This document shows positions 1 through 12,930 of a DNA stretch of 64,000 nucleotides, piece by piece. How positions within the stretch are numbered: the stretch's first letter is position 1; each line of letters begins with the position of its first letter. The notes below the pieces were generated by a model that was not told the origin of the DNA, did no database searches, and worked only from the letters and a program-made list of their open reading frames with translations. Source of the stretch: Camelus dromedarius (lineage: Eukaryota); the NCBI RefSeq assembly GCF_036321535.1, contig NC_087444.1, positions 65,224,001 to 65,288,000 of the forward strand, written 5' to 3'. A program made the translations under genes and the position numbers.

Positions 1-51
1 CCACATCCTCATTCTTGGACTTCCCTTCCCACACCCCTTCCAGCCTTCCAG

Positions 52-3000
52 GGCAAGGATTCAGCTGCTTTCTCACACCTGGACGACCCCCGTCAGTGTG
101 CACTCTGCCTCAAATATGGGGATGCAGATTCTAAGGTGAGGGCTACTGCATGAAGCCCCAGGTTGTGGGGTCTGGTCTGTGGAGCCTCCCCTCAGGTCAC
201 TCCTCCTCTGCCCCCAGGAGGCAGGGCGGCTCCTGTACATCGGGCAGAACGAGTGGACACACGTCAACTGTGCCATTTGGTCAGCCGAAGTGTTTGAAGA
301 AAATGATGGCTCCCTCAAGAACGTACACGCTGCTGTGGCTCGAGGAAGGCAAATGGTGAGGGCACGGGCGTGGAGAGGTGGGCAGCCCTCAGGGCCCTAG
401 ATGGGGCCCCTCTTCCAGTGGAGACAGTCACAAGACTCTCTACCACGGCTTGTCCTTTCACTGCTGGTCCCAAGTACCCTTTTTATTTGTCCCAAGATCC
501 TAGTGCTGCAGTGGCAGCCATTCTTTTCCTGTTTGTGCTCCCGGACATAATATGGGCCTAAAGCCTGCGAGACTAAAAGTTAGATGACTTCCTGTCGATT
601 AAATCTCTGCTAGATGTTTTCTATATCGTATAGCATTTAGCTCTTACTGTATCCCTGTGAGGTGAGGTGTTGCCTGGGTTAGAATCCCCCCTCAACCAGT
701 GTGGGACCTGAGCGGCTACTGTAGAATGCCTCTAGCTCACCATCAGGAAGTAGGACAGTGGGGATACCTACACAGGGGGCAGGTTGAAGATCAGATGAAA
801 TAGTACAGATTCCACATTAGAAGAGGTGAGGAAGATGGTAAGCGCCGGTCAGCCTTAGCTCTTGTTATTTTGATTCCTACTGCAACTCTCTTTAAAAGCT
901 CTGAGACAGTTTTGATGTGCGCTTGGCTCTGGATGCAGCTAGGGGAGGGCTTATGTTTGGTGAGTGCCTTTGCTGTTTGAGGTGCTGCGCTAAATGGGCC
1001 CAAGCAGAGTCTCAAGGACAATGGTGCTGAGTGTCAGACCCTGGCCCCAGTCACTGGCTTCCCCCCTTAGTAGCCCCTTCCACCTGCAGCGCTGTGAGCT
1101 CTGCCTGAAGCCTGGAGCCACGGTGGGCTGCTGCCTTTCCTCCTGCCTCAGCAACTTCCACTTTATGTGTGCCCGGGCCAGCTACTGCATCTTCCAGGAT
1201 GACAAGAAAGTTTTCTGCCAGAAGCACACAGACCTGCTGGATGGCAAGGTGGGCCCGCACCTTGGGGGAGGAGCTCCTCACTGCTCTTACTCCCTCCTCC
1301 ACTCAGGAACCCCTGCAGCCCCTCCGACCTGGTGCCAGCTGCCTCAGTGTCTCCTCCTTGTTCCCTTAGCCCCTTCCCCAGTCCTTTAGCCAAGCCCCTG
1401 ACTTTGCAGTGTCTGCCTCCAGAGCCTTCCCTCGCTTCCCCCTCACCCCTCACAAATCCAGCAGCCACATTTGCCACCCACCTCCCAGGAGATCGTGACC
1501 CCTGATGGTTTTGATGTTCTCCGCCGAGTCTATGTGGACTTTGAGGGCATCAACTTCAAGCGAAAGTTCTTGACGGGACTTGAACCTGATGCCATCAATG
1601 TGCTTATTGGTAAGCAACTTGCTCTCTACCCTGATCTTCCTCACCCTGCCTGGGCCCACCCTCCTGACCTCTTCTCTGCACCGTAGGCTCCATCCGAATC
1701 GACTCCTTGGGCACTCTGTCTGATCTCTCTGACTGCGAGGGACGCCTCTTCCCCGTTGGCTACCAGTGAGCTGTCCAGGGGGCCTAGGTGGGGTTGGGGG
1801 CCTCCAGGACTGGATCTTGTTTCTAAAGTTGTCCTGACTTTCTTGTCACACTTGTCCACCCCACAGGTGCTCCCGTTTGTACTGGAGCACGGTAGATGCT
1901 CGGCGGCGCTGCTGGTATCGGTGCCGAATTCTGGAATATCGGCCATGGGGGCCAAGGGAAGAGCCGGTTCACCTGGAGGCAGCAGAGGAGAACCAGACCA
2001 TTGTGCACAGCCCCGCCCCTTCCTCAGGTACAGCCTTGGAACTCCCTTGTTTACTTCCCTGAAGGCTGTTCTCCCCAGATGGTTTCCTACCAACTCTTAC
2101 TCTCGTGTCCCCTAAAGCAACTCTAGGATGCCTGACGTTCTTCCATTTGTTGTAACGGCAGTAACTTAAGATAACTTAATGTCTACGCACAGTGTGCTGG
2201 GGGTGTGCTCAGGATTTCAGTAGAAGTGAGAGGAGATGAGGGGAGAATACCATGCTACCTGCTTGTTGAGGGTGGCAACTTCTGGACAAATGGAGGGAGT
2301 GTTTATGGCCACCTGACCTGGGGCTACCTGCTTGTGTAATGCTCCCCACAGCCCTTTGAGGAAGGTATAAGCTTGGCTTTGCAGCTTAAAAAGGGCAGTC
2401 ACTCCACAATGACAGTGGTAGAGCTAGGATTCCAGCCTAGATCTACTGAATTCCCAAACTGGCACCCTCACATCCATGCTATCACTGAGGGATGTAGCTG
2501 AGGGCCGGAGGGCGCAGAGCAAAGAACGGGCTTGGAGATAGGTAAAGGGAGTGGTAGTTGTGGGCTGAGTGGGAGGAGGAAGAGATTTGGATTATGTGCT
2601 CGCAGGTAAGGTGTTTGTTCTGGGTTGGAGCATGACATGGAGTAGAGAGGAGAGTAGGATACAGCATCCTGGCTGGAAACAAGGGAGTATTGGGAGGAGG
2701 CGGCAGAGATCAGCTTGCACAGATTGGGTGGAGCCAGGTAATGGGGAGCTGCAAGCGCCAAGATGGGGTGGGTGCGTTTGATGTGGCAGGGATGTGTGGA
2801 GCAGGTAAGAGAGTGGTAGGACCTGCCGTGCTGGAGAGAGGGCAGTGCCCTGCGTGGGGCCTGAATCAGAGAGCAGTAGGCAGCTAGGAAATGGGGAGAT
2901 GGCAAAGGATGGGTGAAGAGGGATCACAAAGGAACTCCAACCCCAGTGTGGATGTTTTGCAGAAGCCTTAGAGGGGTCTGAGATCTGGATAATGACTGGG

Positions 3001-6000
3001 AACCCATGCATCTTGTGCCCAGGTCAGGAGCCAGGAGGAGAAGGCACAGTTGGCTCAAAAGAAGGGAGGGAATGTGAAGAGAGGCTTTCACAAAGAGCCC
3101 CTGCCACCAGTGATGTCGTTCTCTTGCCTCTCTAGAGCCCCCAGATCATGTGGACCCCCCACCAGATACAGATGCCCTTATCCCTAGAGCTCCTGAGCAC
3201 CACTCACCCGTTCAGAGCCTGGACCCCACACTTCGGCCGGATCCAAGCAGCGCCCCTCCTCCAGCCCCTCGCTCCTTTTCGGGGGCTCGAATCAAAGTGC
3301 CCAACTACTCACCATCCCGGAGGCCCTTGGGGGGTGTCTCCTTTGGACCCCTGCCCTCCCCTGGTGTGTACCTGGGAGTGTCCGGGAGAAGGGTGGGGCC
3401 GGGTGAGGCAGGAGCTCCTCTGAATGAGGAGGCTGACACTGACCCTTCCCCCCACAGGAAGTCCATCTTCTCTGACCCACCACATCCCTACAGTGGGAGA
3501 CCTGGACTTCCCAGCTCCCCCCAGACGCTCCCGTCGTCCCAGCCCCCTGGCCCCTAGGCTGCCACCATCACGGCGGGCCTCTCCCCCTCTCAGAACCTCT
3601 CCTCAGCTCAGGGTGCCCCCTCCTACCTCAGTTGTTAGAGCGCTCACACCTACCTCAGGGGAGCTGGCTCCCCCTGGCCGGGCCCNNNNNNNNNNNNNNN
3701 NNNNNNNNNNNNNNNNNNNNNNNNNNNNNNNNNNNNNNNNNNNNNNNNNNNNNNNNNNNNNNNNNNNNNNNNNNNNNNNNNNNNNNNNNNNNNNNNNNNN
3801 NNNNNNNNNNNNNNNNNNNNNNNNNGGGGCAGTGGGGAGCAGCCACGGGGGCCCAGGAGACAGCTCAGAGGAGGAGGCCAGCCCCACCCCCCGCTATGTC
3901 CACTTCCCTGTGACTGTGGTGTCCGGCCCTGCGCTGGCTCCTGGAGCCCTCCCTGGAGCCCCCCGCATTGAACAGCTGGATGGAGTGGATGACGGCACAG
4001 ACAGCGAGGCTGAGGCAGTCCAGCAGCCTCGGGGCCAGGGAACTCCTCCTTCAGGGCCAGGAGCCGGCCGGGCTGGGGTCATTGGGGCTGCAGGGGACAG
4101 AGCCCGACCTCCTGAGGACTTGCCATCAGAAATTGTGGATTTTGTGTTGAAGAACCTAGGGGGGCCTGGGGAGGGGGGTGCTGGGCCCAGAGAGGAGCCA
4201 CTCCCCCCAGCACCTCCCCTGGCCAATGGCAGCCAGCCCCCTCAGGGCCTGCCCCCTAGCCCAGCTGACCCCACCCGGACGTTTGCCTGGCTCCCTGGGG
4301 CTCCAGGGGTCCGGGTATTGAGCCTGGGCCCTGCCCCTGAGCCCCCTAAACCCGCGACATCCAAGATCATCCTTGTCAACAAGCTGGGGCAAGTGTTTGT
4401 GAAGATGGCTGGGGAGGGTGAACCTGTCTCACCCCCAGTGAAGCAACCACCTCTGCCCCCTGCCATCCCCCCCACCGCCCCTGCATCCTGGACTCTGCCC
4501 CCAGGACCCCTGCTGGGGGTGTTGCCAGTGGTAGGGGTGGTCCGTCCTGCCCCGCCCCCACCCCCACCTCCATTGACGCTGGTGTTGAGCAGTGGGCCCC
4601 CCAGCCCACCCCGGCAGGCCATCCGCGTCAAAAGGGTGTCCACCTTCTCTGGCCGTTCCCCACCAGCGCCTCCCCCAAGCAAGACTCCCCGGCTGGAGGA
4701 AGATGGAGATTCCTTGGAGGACCACCCCCAGGGTCCAGGGCTTTGTGGCATTGGGTAAGTAAGTGTGCCTAGGCTGCAGAGCGGGAGAGAGGTGGGCAGG
4801 AGAAAGCAACTGAGCCTTCTCACGGTTCCCCCCACCGCCAGGTCTAGCCGAGTGAGGATGAAAACGCCCACTGTGCGTGGAGTTCTCGACCTGGATGATC
4901 CTGGGGAGCCCGCTGTGGGGGAAAGCCCACGGTGAGTGGCCAGCATCCTTTCCCTGAAGGCTCCAAGACCTCTGTCCCCTCCTCCTTCTGACAGGTCTCT
5001 CTTCACAGGCCCCTCCAGGACCGGTCCCCTCTGCTGCCACTCCCAGAAATTGGTCCTCCCCGGGCCCCCGATGGTCCTCCCGACCTGCTGCTTGAGTCCC
5101 AGTGGCACCACTACTCAGGTAGGGACCAGCCTTTCCCTCTCAACTGCCTCCTTCCCTGTGCTTGCCTCAGTTGAGTAACTGACATACAGAATTGATCCAT
5201 TTTAAAAAAAAAACATCCACTGGTTGTTGCATGCTGGGTATGAGCCTGAGACCGGGTGCTAGAGTTAGAGACACCCTTGGGAGCTTATGGCTTGTGGCAG
5301 AAACAGACACAAAGATGAAGTTTCAGCTTGATGTGAGAGGTCCTCTGAAAGTGCCTGTCCAGTGTGCCCAAGAGTCCAGGAAGGGGCTTCAGAGGCTAGT
5401 GTACCAGGGTCAGAGGGTTAGGTACCTAGTAAAGCCAAAGATGAAGTTCTGGGGATCATCCAGTGAGGATGGAGCCCACTTAGGACCCAGAGGAGGGATA
5501 GGAACAGTAGGAAGGAGATAGAGGAGAGTAGTGTCCCAGAGGCTCAGGGAAGCAAGTAGTCAGTGATTCTAGCTGCCACAGAGGACACCAGGCACGTGGG
5601 GTCTAGGAGTGGTGTACTGTCCAGGCAGGAGGCACAGGGTGGGGAGGATGTGTTAAGAGTTCAGAACTGAAGACAGTGGTTGATGAAGCCAGAACAACAC
5701 CCAGGTACCTTGCCAAAAAGCTCAGCTAAGAGTCGGGGGGAGGAGGTGGGGCAGAAGCTTAGAGAGGTTTGGTGTGAGGGCTGAGAAAGCAAAGTCAAGG
5801 ATGAGGGCAAAGGGGACTCATGGATGGAAAAGGAGATGGGAGGAGGCATGGCGGTCAGGTTTGAATAGGAGACTCCTGAGATGGAGGAAAGGAGGTGAGG
5901 AAGGTGTACGGACATAACTCGCTTTATCTCATTTTTCACAAATTGAAGGTTTGTGGGAACCCTGCATTGAGCAAGTCTTATCTGTCATTTTTTAGCAATA

Positions 6001-9000
6001 TTTGCTCACTTCATGTCTCTGAATCATGCTTTGGTAATTTTCATGATATTTCAGAGTTTTTCATTATTTGTTATAGTGATCTGTGATTTTTGATGTTACT
6101 ATTGCAAAAAAAAGATTACAACTCACTGAAGTCTCACATGATGGTTAGCATTTTTTAGCAATTAAATATTTTTTTAATTAAGGTATATANNNNNNNNNNN
6201 NNNNNNNNNNNNNNNNNNNNNNNNNNNNNNNNNNNNNNNNNNNNNNNNNNNNNNNNNNNNNNNNNNNNNNNNNNNNNNNNNNNNNNNNNNNNNNNNNNNN
6301 NNNNNNNNNNNNNNNNNNNNNNNNNNNNNNNNNNNNNNNAGTATCTCCGAGTTATGCCTCTACTTGGAGAGGTATGAGACATCAGTATGCAGGTTGGGAG
6401 CACTTGGAGCAGTTTTGGCTGATAGACTCAGTGAAACTGGAAGGGCAGTTCTCTGTTGGTCATGGAGGGAAGTGGGAGAGGGGGTGGGCTACAGCCAAGT
6501 AAGCTGGTAATTGCGTAGTCTGAAGCTTGGGATTTCTTGTGACCTCAGTCCTGTCTAGATGTGTAGATTTTCTCATTATGGAGAGCTCAGCTGCTGAGTA
6601 TGGAAGTGGAATGAAATAGACTGAGGCTGTTTAACTGAAAGGCTGCTTACAGGGGTCAGAGATGGCATGAGGATATGGCAATGATCAGGACAGGCAGGTC
6701 CCTGCCCTTAGGGACTAGGCTACATTTTGCTAGAGAAAACAGACACGTGCATTAGCAAGTGCACTCTCACTTAAGAGTGAGCACTGTGAGAAAGAAGACA
6801 GTGAGTGTGCCTGGGCGAGGCCTCCCTAGTCTGTCCTGTTGTGTTCGAGGAACAGAATGGAAGTGAGGATGGGGAAAGGTAGAAGTCAGAGGTGGACCTC
6901 GGGGCAGTGTGAGATCTGGAGATGATGTGGGTCCCACAGTAAGAGGTTTAGACTCTTGCTTAGGGCCGTGAAGGCACATGGACAGGTTGGCCCAGACAAG
7001 TGATGTGGGGATAAAGTATGGCCACATGAGTCTTGCCTCTCCTAAAGTGTGCTCCACTCAAATATTTGCCCCTTGCCCCCCTCAACTCAGGTATAGTGGT
7101 CAGCCCTCAGTCCACATCCTACTTGAGCCAGCAGCAGCATTTGGTGCACTGATCCCTCCCTCCATAAAGCCCACCTCCCTCCTCATTTCTGGTTATGCCT
7201 CCTCTTTGCCGCAACCTGTGGTGTGTTCCAGGGCCCTGGCCTTGACTTCTCTGTCTTCACTCACTCCCAGGTGCTCCTGTCTGGCTTCTTGGCTCTAAAT
7301 CCCATCTCAGTTCTGAGAGCCCCCAGATCACTAGCCAGGCTGCTATATCCTGCTGCCTGCTCGCCATCTCCACCAGCAAGTTGAAACGGGAGGCTTTCTA
7401 AGGGGAATCTCAGACTCAACATGTCCCAAACTGAGTTCTCGACCTTCACCCCAAGCTCATTCTTCCCTCACCCTCACCATCTCAGTCAGTGGCAGTTTCA
7501 TACTTCCAGTTGTTCAGGGTCCACACTTCAGAGTTGTCCTTGACCCCGCCACCACTGCCACCTTCTCTCATAGCTACATCAACTATGTCAGCTAGTCATG
7601 TCAGTTCTAGCTTTAAAATTTTTAGCCCTTGAGAAATCCCTCATTGTGTACATACACTTGATTCTCTGAGTATAGGTCTTTATAATAATATGTTGGTAAT
7701 GTCTACAGAAATGTACTGCACTCAAAAAAATGCATGTGCAAAATATAATAATTCTCCAGTATTTTATGTTTTGTGTGACATAGAGAAGAAAGAGGGGTAG
7801 ATGGACATTTATGGTGATTGCGTTTGGGTAAGCCATTAAGTGTGTCCTGCAGAAAAGGGACTGCAAGCCCTTTAGAAAAAATAATGTCCCTTCTGTAGGG
7901 TTCACTGGGCAAATACTGTAGGAGGAGGGCCATCAGACCCACTGTCTGTGCGTATAAGCACAGGGAGGAAGGGAAGGCAGAGGGGGAACCAGGGACTTTT
8001 GTGTCCAGGAGGGGTGATCCTCACCAACTCTGACCTGCTCCTTGGGACCAGGTGAGGCTTCAAGCTCTGAAGAAGAGCCTCCGTCCCCAGAAGACAAAGA
8101 GAACCAGGCTCCTAAACGAGCTGGCCCACATCTCCGTTTCGAGATCAGCAGTGAGGATGGGTTCAGCGTGGAGGCAGAGAGCTTGGAGGGTGAGTTGGGA
8201 GTAGCAGTGACAGGGAGGGAAGGTTCCCATAGAACACCATCCTGACTGCTCTGGCCCTGCCCTCTCCCCAGGGGCGTGGAGAACTCTGATTGAGAAGGTG
8301 CAAGAGGCCCGAGGACATGCCCGGCTCAGACATCTCTCCTTTAGTGGTACCTGAGGGCGTCCACAGGGATGCTGGGGGCTGGGACGACTCCTGGATGACA
8401 AGATGGGCCTCCAGCATGACTTGTGTGTCCTCACCTTTGACTCTTATTAGGAATGAGTGGGGCAAGGCTCCTGGGCATCCACCACGATGCTGTCATCTTC
8501 CTGGCAGAGCAACTGCCTGGAGCCCAGCGCTGTCAGCACTATAAGTTCCGCTACCACCAGCAGGGAGAGGGCCAGGAGGAGCCACCCCTGAATCCCCATG
8601 GGGCTGCCCGCGCTGAGGTCTATCTCCGGTAAGAGGTCTGGGGTGTGGTGCCTGGGTTGGGGTAGCCCTGTAGGAGTTCTCAAGGATGGGAATTAAGTCT
8701 GTACGGATTGGAAACTGAAGTCTGAGGAGAAGACACTGGACTACTCCAGAAAGTATTTCTGGAGTTCGCATCAGCAGAATGAACCTCATCTGCCCATTTT
8801 GCTGTCTTCAATAGTAGCAGTATTCCTCCTACCCTACCAGCAGTGGACTCAGGCCAAAGAATAGATAGGGGTAGCATTTTCTTGAAAGAATGGCCGTGAA
8901 CCTCCCTCCTNNNNNNNNNNNNNNNNNNNNNNNNNNNNNNNNNNNNNNNNNNNNNNNNNNNNNNNNNNNNNNNNNNNNNNNNNNNNNNNNNNNNNNNNNN

Positions 9001-9843
9001 NNNNNNNNNNNNNNNNNNNNNNNNNNNNNNNNNNNNNNNNNNNNNNNNNNNNNNNNNNTGCTGAGGGTGGTCTGGAAGGGTCCTAAAGAGGGTGACCAGG
9101 GCAAGAGAGAGTTCATTCCTGGTGTGACACTGCCATCCCCCACCAGACGCGCCACGAGTCTGGAGCTGCCCATGGCCATGCGCTTTCGCCACCTCAAGAA
9201 GACATCCAAAGAGGCTGTGGGTGTCTACAGGTTAGTGGGGTTGGGGGGAGGATGCCCCTTGGGTGGATGGACAGGTGCCCTAGCGTGGGCTGCCTTGATT
9301 CTGTCCCCCTGCCCCCTGAGCTCCCCCTTGCCCGTCCTACCCTGCAGATCTGCCATCCATGGGAGGGGACTGTTCTGTAAGCGCAACATTGACGCTGGCG
9401 AGATGGTCATTGAGTACTCTGGTATTGTCATTCGCTCTGTGCTGACTGACAAGCGGGAGAAGTTCTATGATGGGAAGGTAAGCTCTGTGAGGCCATGGGA
9501 ATAAGGCGGGTGAAACAGGGTGGTCCATGGGAACAGAGCCCTTGACTGTCCCACCCTGTCCCTGTAGGGCATTGGATGCTACATGTTCCGCATGGATGAC
9601 TTTGACGTGGTGGATGCCACCATGCATGGCAATGCCGCCCGCTTCATCAACCACTCCTGTGAGCCCAACTGCTTCTCTCGAGTCATCCACGTGGAGGGCC
9701 ANNNNNNNNNNNNNNNNNNNNNNNNNNNNNNNNNNNNNNNNNNNNNNNNNNNNNNNNNNNNNNNNNNNNNNNNNNNNNNNNNNNNNNNNNNNNNNNNNNN
9801 NNNNNNNNNNNNNNNNNNNNNNNNNNNNNNNNNNNNNNNNNNN
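52..9843 (+). CDS. KMT2B: Histone-lysine N-methyltransferase 2B, 3' portion (extended PHD, FYRN, FYRC, SET); 5' part outside the window
   Basis: Phase-consistent GT-AG exons: 52-135, 218-355, 1090-1248, 1489-1609, 1687-1765, 1867-2027, 3136-3363, 3458-4754, 4842-4931, 5009-5118, 8052-8189, 8272-8346, 8451-8628, [one exon inferred inside N-run 8911-9058], 9147-9230, 9348-9477, 9568 onward. Diagnostic peptides: [58 protein letters not shown]. The stop codon lies inside N-run 9702-9856, so the end coordinate is inferred from the expected length. AATAAA at 10124-10129. Confidence 0.97.
5909..6360 (+). mobile_element. Internally deleted Tigger1-type DNA transposon (non-autonomous, about 450 bp)
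   Basis: TA target duplication at 5907-5908 and 6361-6362. Terminal inverted repeats CGGACATAACTCG and CGAGTTATGCCTC. Interior resembles the Tigger1 5' end (ACAAATTGAAGGTTTGTGG) and 3' end; part is hidden by Ns. Confidence 0.8.
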
Positions 9844-10603
9844 NNNNNNNNNNNNNNGCCACGCCCCCTGCTGCCATCTTGCCCCTAGCCTGGGGGCTCC
9901 CTCGTCCCTCCCAGAGCATCTCACCCCCACTCTCATGTTCAGGGTGGATGTGGGCATGCAGGTGGCAAGGGCCCTGCCTCCATCCTTCCAGCCCACCCAG
10001 CAATCGCCCCCTTCCTGTCCTGGGGGTCCAGGATGTAGATATTGTACAAAGGTTTCTAAATCCCTTCTTTTCTATGCACTTTTTTATTTAAGAGGGTGGG
10101 AATCCCAGGTGGGAACCCCCCACAATAAAGTCTGTCAATGTTTGGAGAGGTGGTCTTCCTGTTTGTATGGTGCTGGGGGCAGGTAACAGCTCATTTCTCT
10201 GTGCCCCATACTCATCCCAAGCCAGGGTAGCCCATCAGCCTGAACAGGTCGGTGAGAAGCCATCTTTCAGAATTAGAAGCAACTTGTGGGGTCTTTTACA
10301 GCTCAGAGTATAAATGTAATACCTGTTCTAAGTTAGAACCCCGCTGAGTGCGTGTAGATGAGCTCTCCCAGGGATAGCAGGGCTGTTTCTCAGATGGGAA
10401 TCTGGTTGCCCAGAGGCAACCCACATCTGGTCTTGTGTATATAGTGGAATTGGCCCATTCCCTGCGGGGCAGGGGACTGAGGATGTCTGTTGGTTTTGGC
10501 CCAATTAAGACTATTTTAAGAGGACCCCTTAATAAGGCCCAGGGACAGCAGGCACTTATTTCAAGGGAAACTTTATTGAGTACTGGGCCAGGCAAGCCCC
10601 AGA

Positions 10604-12559
10604 TCAGCCAAGTTTGGACAGCACTTGCAGTGCATCTGCCCGCCCTATCTGGGCCAGATGTGTGCCAAGCTGGCCCAGAGAGGCAGAGGGCTCCCTTGCC
10701 ACCATCATCTCGATCAGGGCTCGCAGAGGTGAGCGGCTGGGCCGCAGTGAGTAGGCAAAGGTGGACCAGGCTGAAGGCAATCCATATCTTGCAGCCAGGT
10801 GTCGGGTGGTACCACAGGCCATCCTTCCACCTGGCCCAGGCTCAGGATCCAGCAGGACGATCAGCTCCTCCAGCACCTCCAGCTCATCCAGGAGGCGAGA
10901 CAGGGGCAGCGATTCCAGACTCTGCAGCTCTGGGAAACAGAGGAGGAGGGGTGGAGGGGAGGAAGTACAAGCTTCCAGTCCACCTTCCCCCTCCTTGGTG
11001 TATCTTTGACTAACCCTTGCCTAGGAGCAGAGGCAGAGAGACCTCCTTCCATGAGTCCCCTGCCTCTGAATCCTCCAGGGAGCCTGGAGAGGACGAGTGC
11101 AAGAAAAGGGTGTGGGTGTTGTCGCTGCAAACCAAGCCAGGATTGGGGTGTTGGACAGCTTTCCCCTGGTGGCGGCGACTGCGGTGCCTTTGCAGGGCGA
11201 GGAGGAGGATCATGGCTGAAGTCACGATCAGAACCAGCACCAGGGACAGGGCAAAACTCAGAATTGGCCAGGCCTGCTGAGGGACTTTTTGCTCAGTTGT
11301 CCACAAAAGCCTGGGAATCGCCGATGAGCCGGGCTCCTGGGAGCCAAGGATGCTTGGTTTTCCAGGCGTCAGGGGGCAGGGCTCCTTGTTAGGGACAGGC
11401 TTCTGGAAATAAGGGGAGTAAAGTGGGAGGCACGCCCTACTCTTGGCCCCTCAGCGAAAACCTCCCAACCTTATAACCCGCAATGGGGCACATCCCACCT
11501 GACCCAGTCCCTTCATCCCCCTCTCGGACTTCCTTAACCCAGGCAGGTCACCTGATACTGCTATGCCCGCATCCCTAGCGTCTTCCCTTGGCTACACCCC
11601 TTCCTTTGATACAGACCTCGCCCACCCGACCCCAAGCCACGCTTCCAGTCCCGTCCCCACTCCACACCCCCAACTTTCTGCAAGCTACACCCTTGCCCCG
11701 CTCTCCGGAGTCCCAGTAGCACCTCTCTGCAGCGCCGCCGGTTTCCATTGTGACTCCCCGCTGGAGTGGGGGCCGTTATTCCGCCGCCACAAGGGCTACA
11801 TAGCTCCGCGCTTTTGGGGTTGCACTGCCCAGGAGGACACTCTTTGAAGGGGTGCGTTACGTGATCGCCAGCGTCATTGAGCCCGCAGTTTTCCGAAAAC
11901 TCGTAGTCTAATGGGAGACAGAGTCTAACGTTCGGCCGCCAAGCCCGCCTCCTTAGTACTAGCGACGCCCTTTCCCGTCTGTCCAATCCCAACAGGCCCC
12001 GCCCGTTATGCTCTACTCACCCAACCTATCAGCGGACGCGCCCCACACTCTTTCTCCATCCGCGCCACACTAGCCTGCCAGTCTCCCAGCCTTCTCTACA
12101 CAGGCCCCGCCCCCTATTCTCTGCCCGCCCCTTCCATTCCCCGCCCACCTGTTCCTCACCGCCCGGATTCCGCCTCTCTAACCCGCCACACCCCTTAACA
12201 ACGACCCTCTCTTAACTCACACCGTCCCGTTCTTCGCAAGCTCAGCACACCCCCATCCCCGCCTTGTCTACCTAAGGCACAGCGCCCCTACCCCGAAGAA
12301 AGCCTCACCAGCCGTATCCCACGGACCTCGCCCCTTTCCTCGCTCCCTATCACCCCCTACCTCCGCCCGAACATATGCAAAAGCCCAGTCCCTGCTCCTC
12401 ACCCGAGCAAGGGGGCGGCCCAAAGCGCTGCAGGCAGCTACCACAGCACAGGTTGTCAGGGTTCCAGTACTCAAGGCGACTGCAGTGCTGGGAGGCTTCC
12501 CGGGGCACCGCCAGGGCCAGGAGCAGCGCAGTAGTCAGTAGGAGGCGTGGGGGCCCCAT
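10604..12559 (-). CDS. IGFLR1: IGF-like family receptor 1 (TNFR-like type I membrane protein, 351 aa)
   Basis: Exons 12559-12403, 11907-11723, 11402-11015, 10929-10604 sum to 1056 nt. Signal peptide MGPPRLLLTTALLLALA, Cys-rich LEYWNPDNLCCGSCLQRFG, TM segment ILSFALSLVLVLIVTSAMILLLAL, C-terminal LEELIVLLDPEPGPGG...LSKLG. Minus-strand AATAAA at 10577-10572. Confidence 0.95.
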
Positions 12560-12774
12560 CTGAGCAGAACCTGTATTCTGGGGGGCCATGACCACAGGAC
12601 TTCCTGCCACAGCGCCTCTGCCGCACTTGCCAGGAAACCAGGGCAGAAGAAGGAAGCAGTGGAGGTAGGGGCATAGGATCCTCTGGCCCCTTCGGAAGCC
12701 AGGAATCTACCCACCTCCAACCCTCAGTCCAGCTTCTGGCCCCTTATTAGAGAAGCCACAAGGCCTCAAGATGG

Positions 12775-12930
12775 CTAGAGTGAGGATTCTAGAACCAGAC
12801 TGCATGGATTCATATCCCACCTCTGCCATCTTTTCCCATCTGTAAAATGGGATAATCATAATACCGGTCTCATAGAGTTATTGTGGAGAAGTAAAGCATT
12901 TACAACAACATAGAGTAAGCATAAGTATTA
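12775..12930 (+). mobile_element. MIR SINE fragment
   Basis: MIR core CCCATCTGTAAAATGGATAATCATAATACC...CATAGAGTTATTGTG. Confidence 0.7.

Noticed and set aside
4242-5111. 289-aa minus-strand ORF
   Set aside because: Antisense mirror of Pro-rich KMT2B exons.
10580-10606. IGFLR1 stop followed by SGACLA, resembling the human tail SGVCWA
   Set aside because: Only about 7 aa. I cannot tell whether the stop is derived here or the human tail is the extension, and I recall other mammals also ending at LSKLG.
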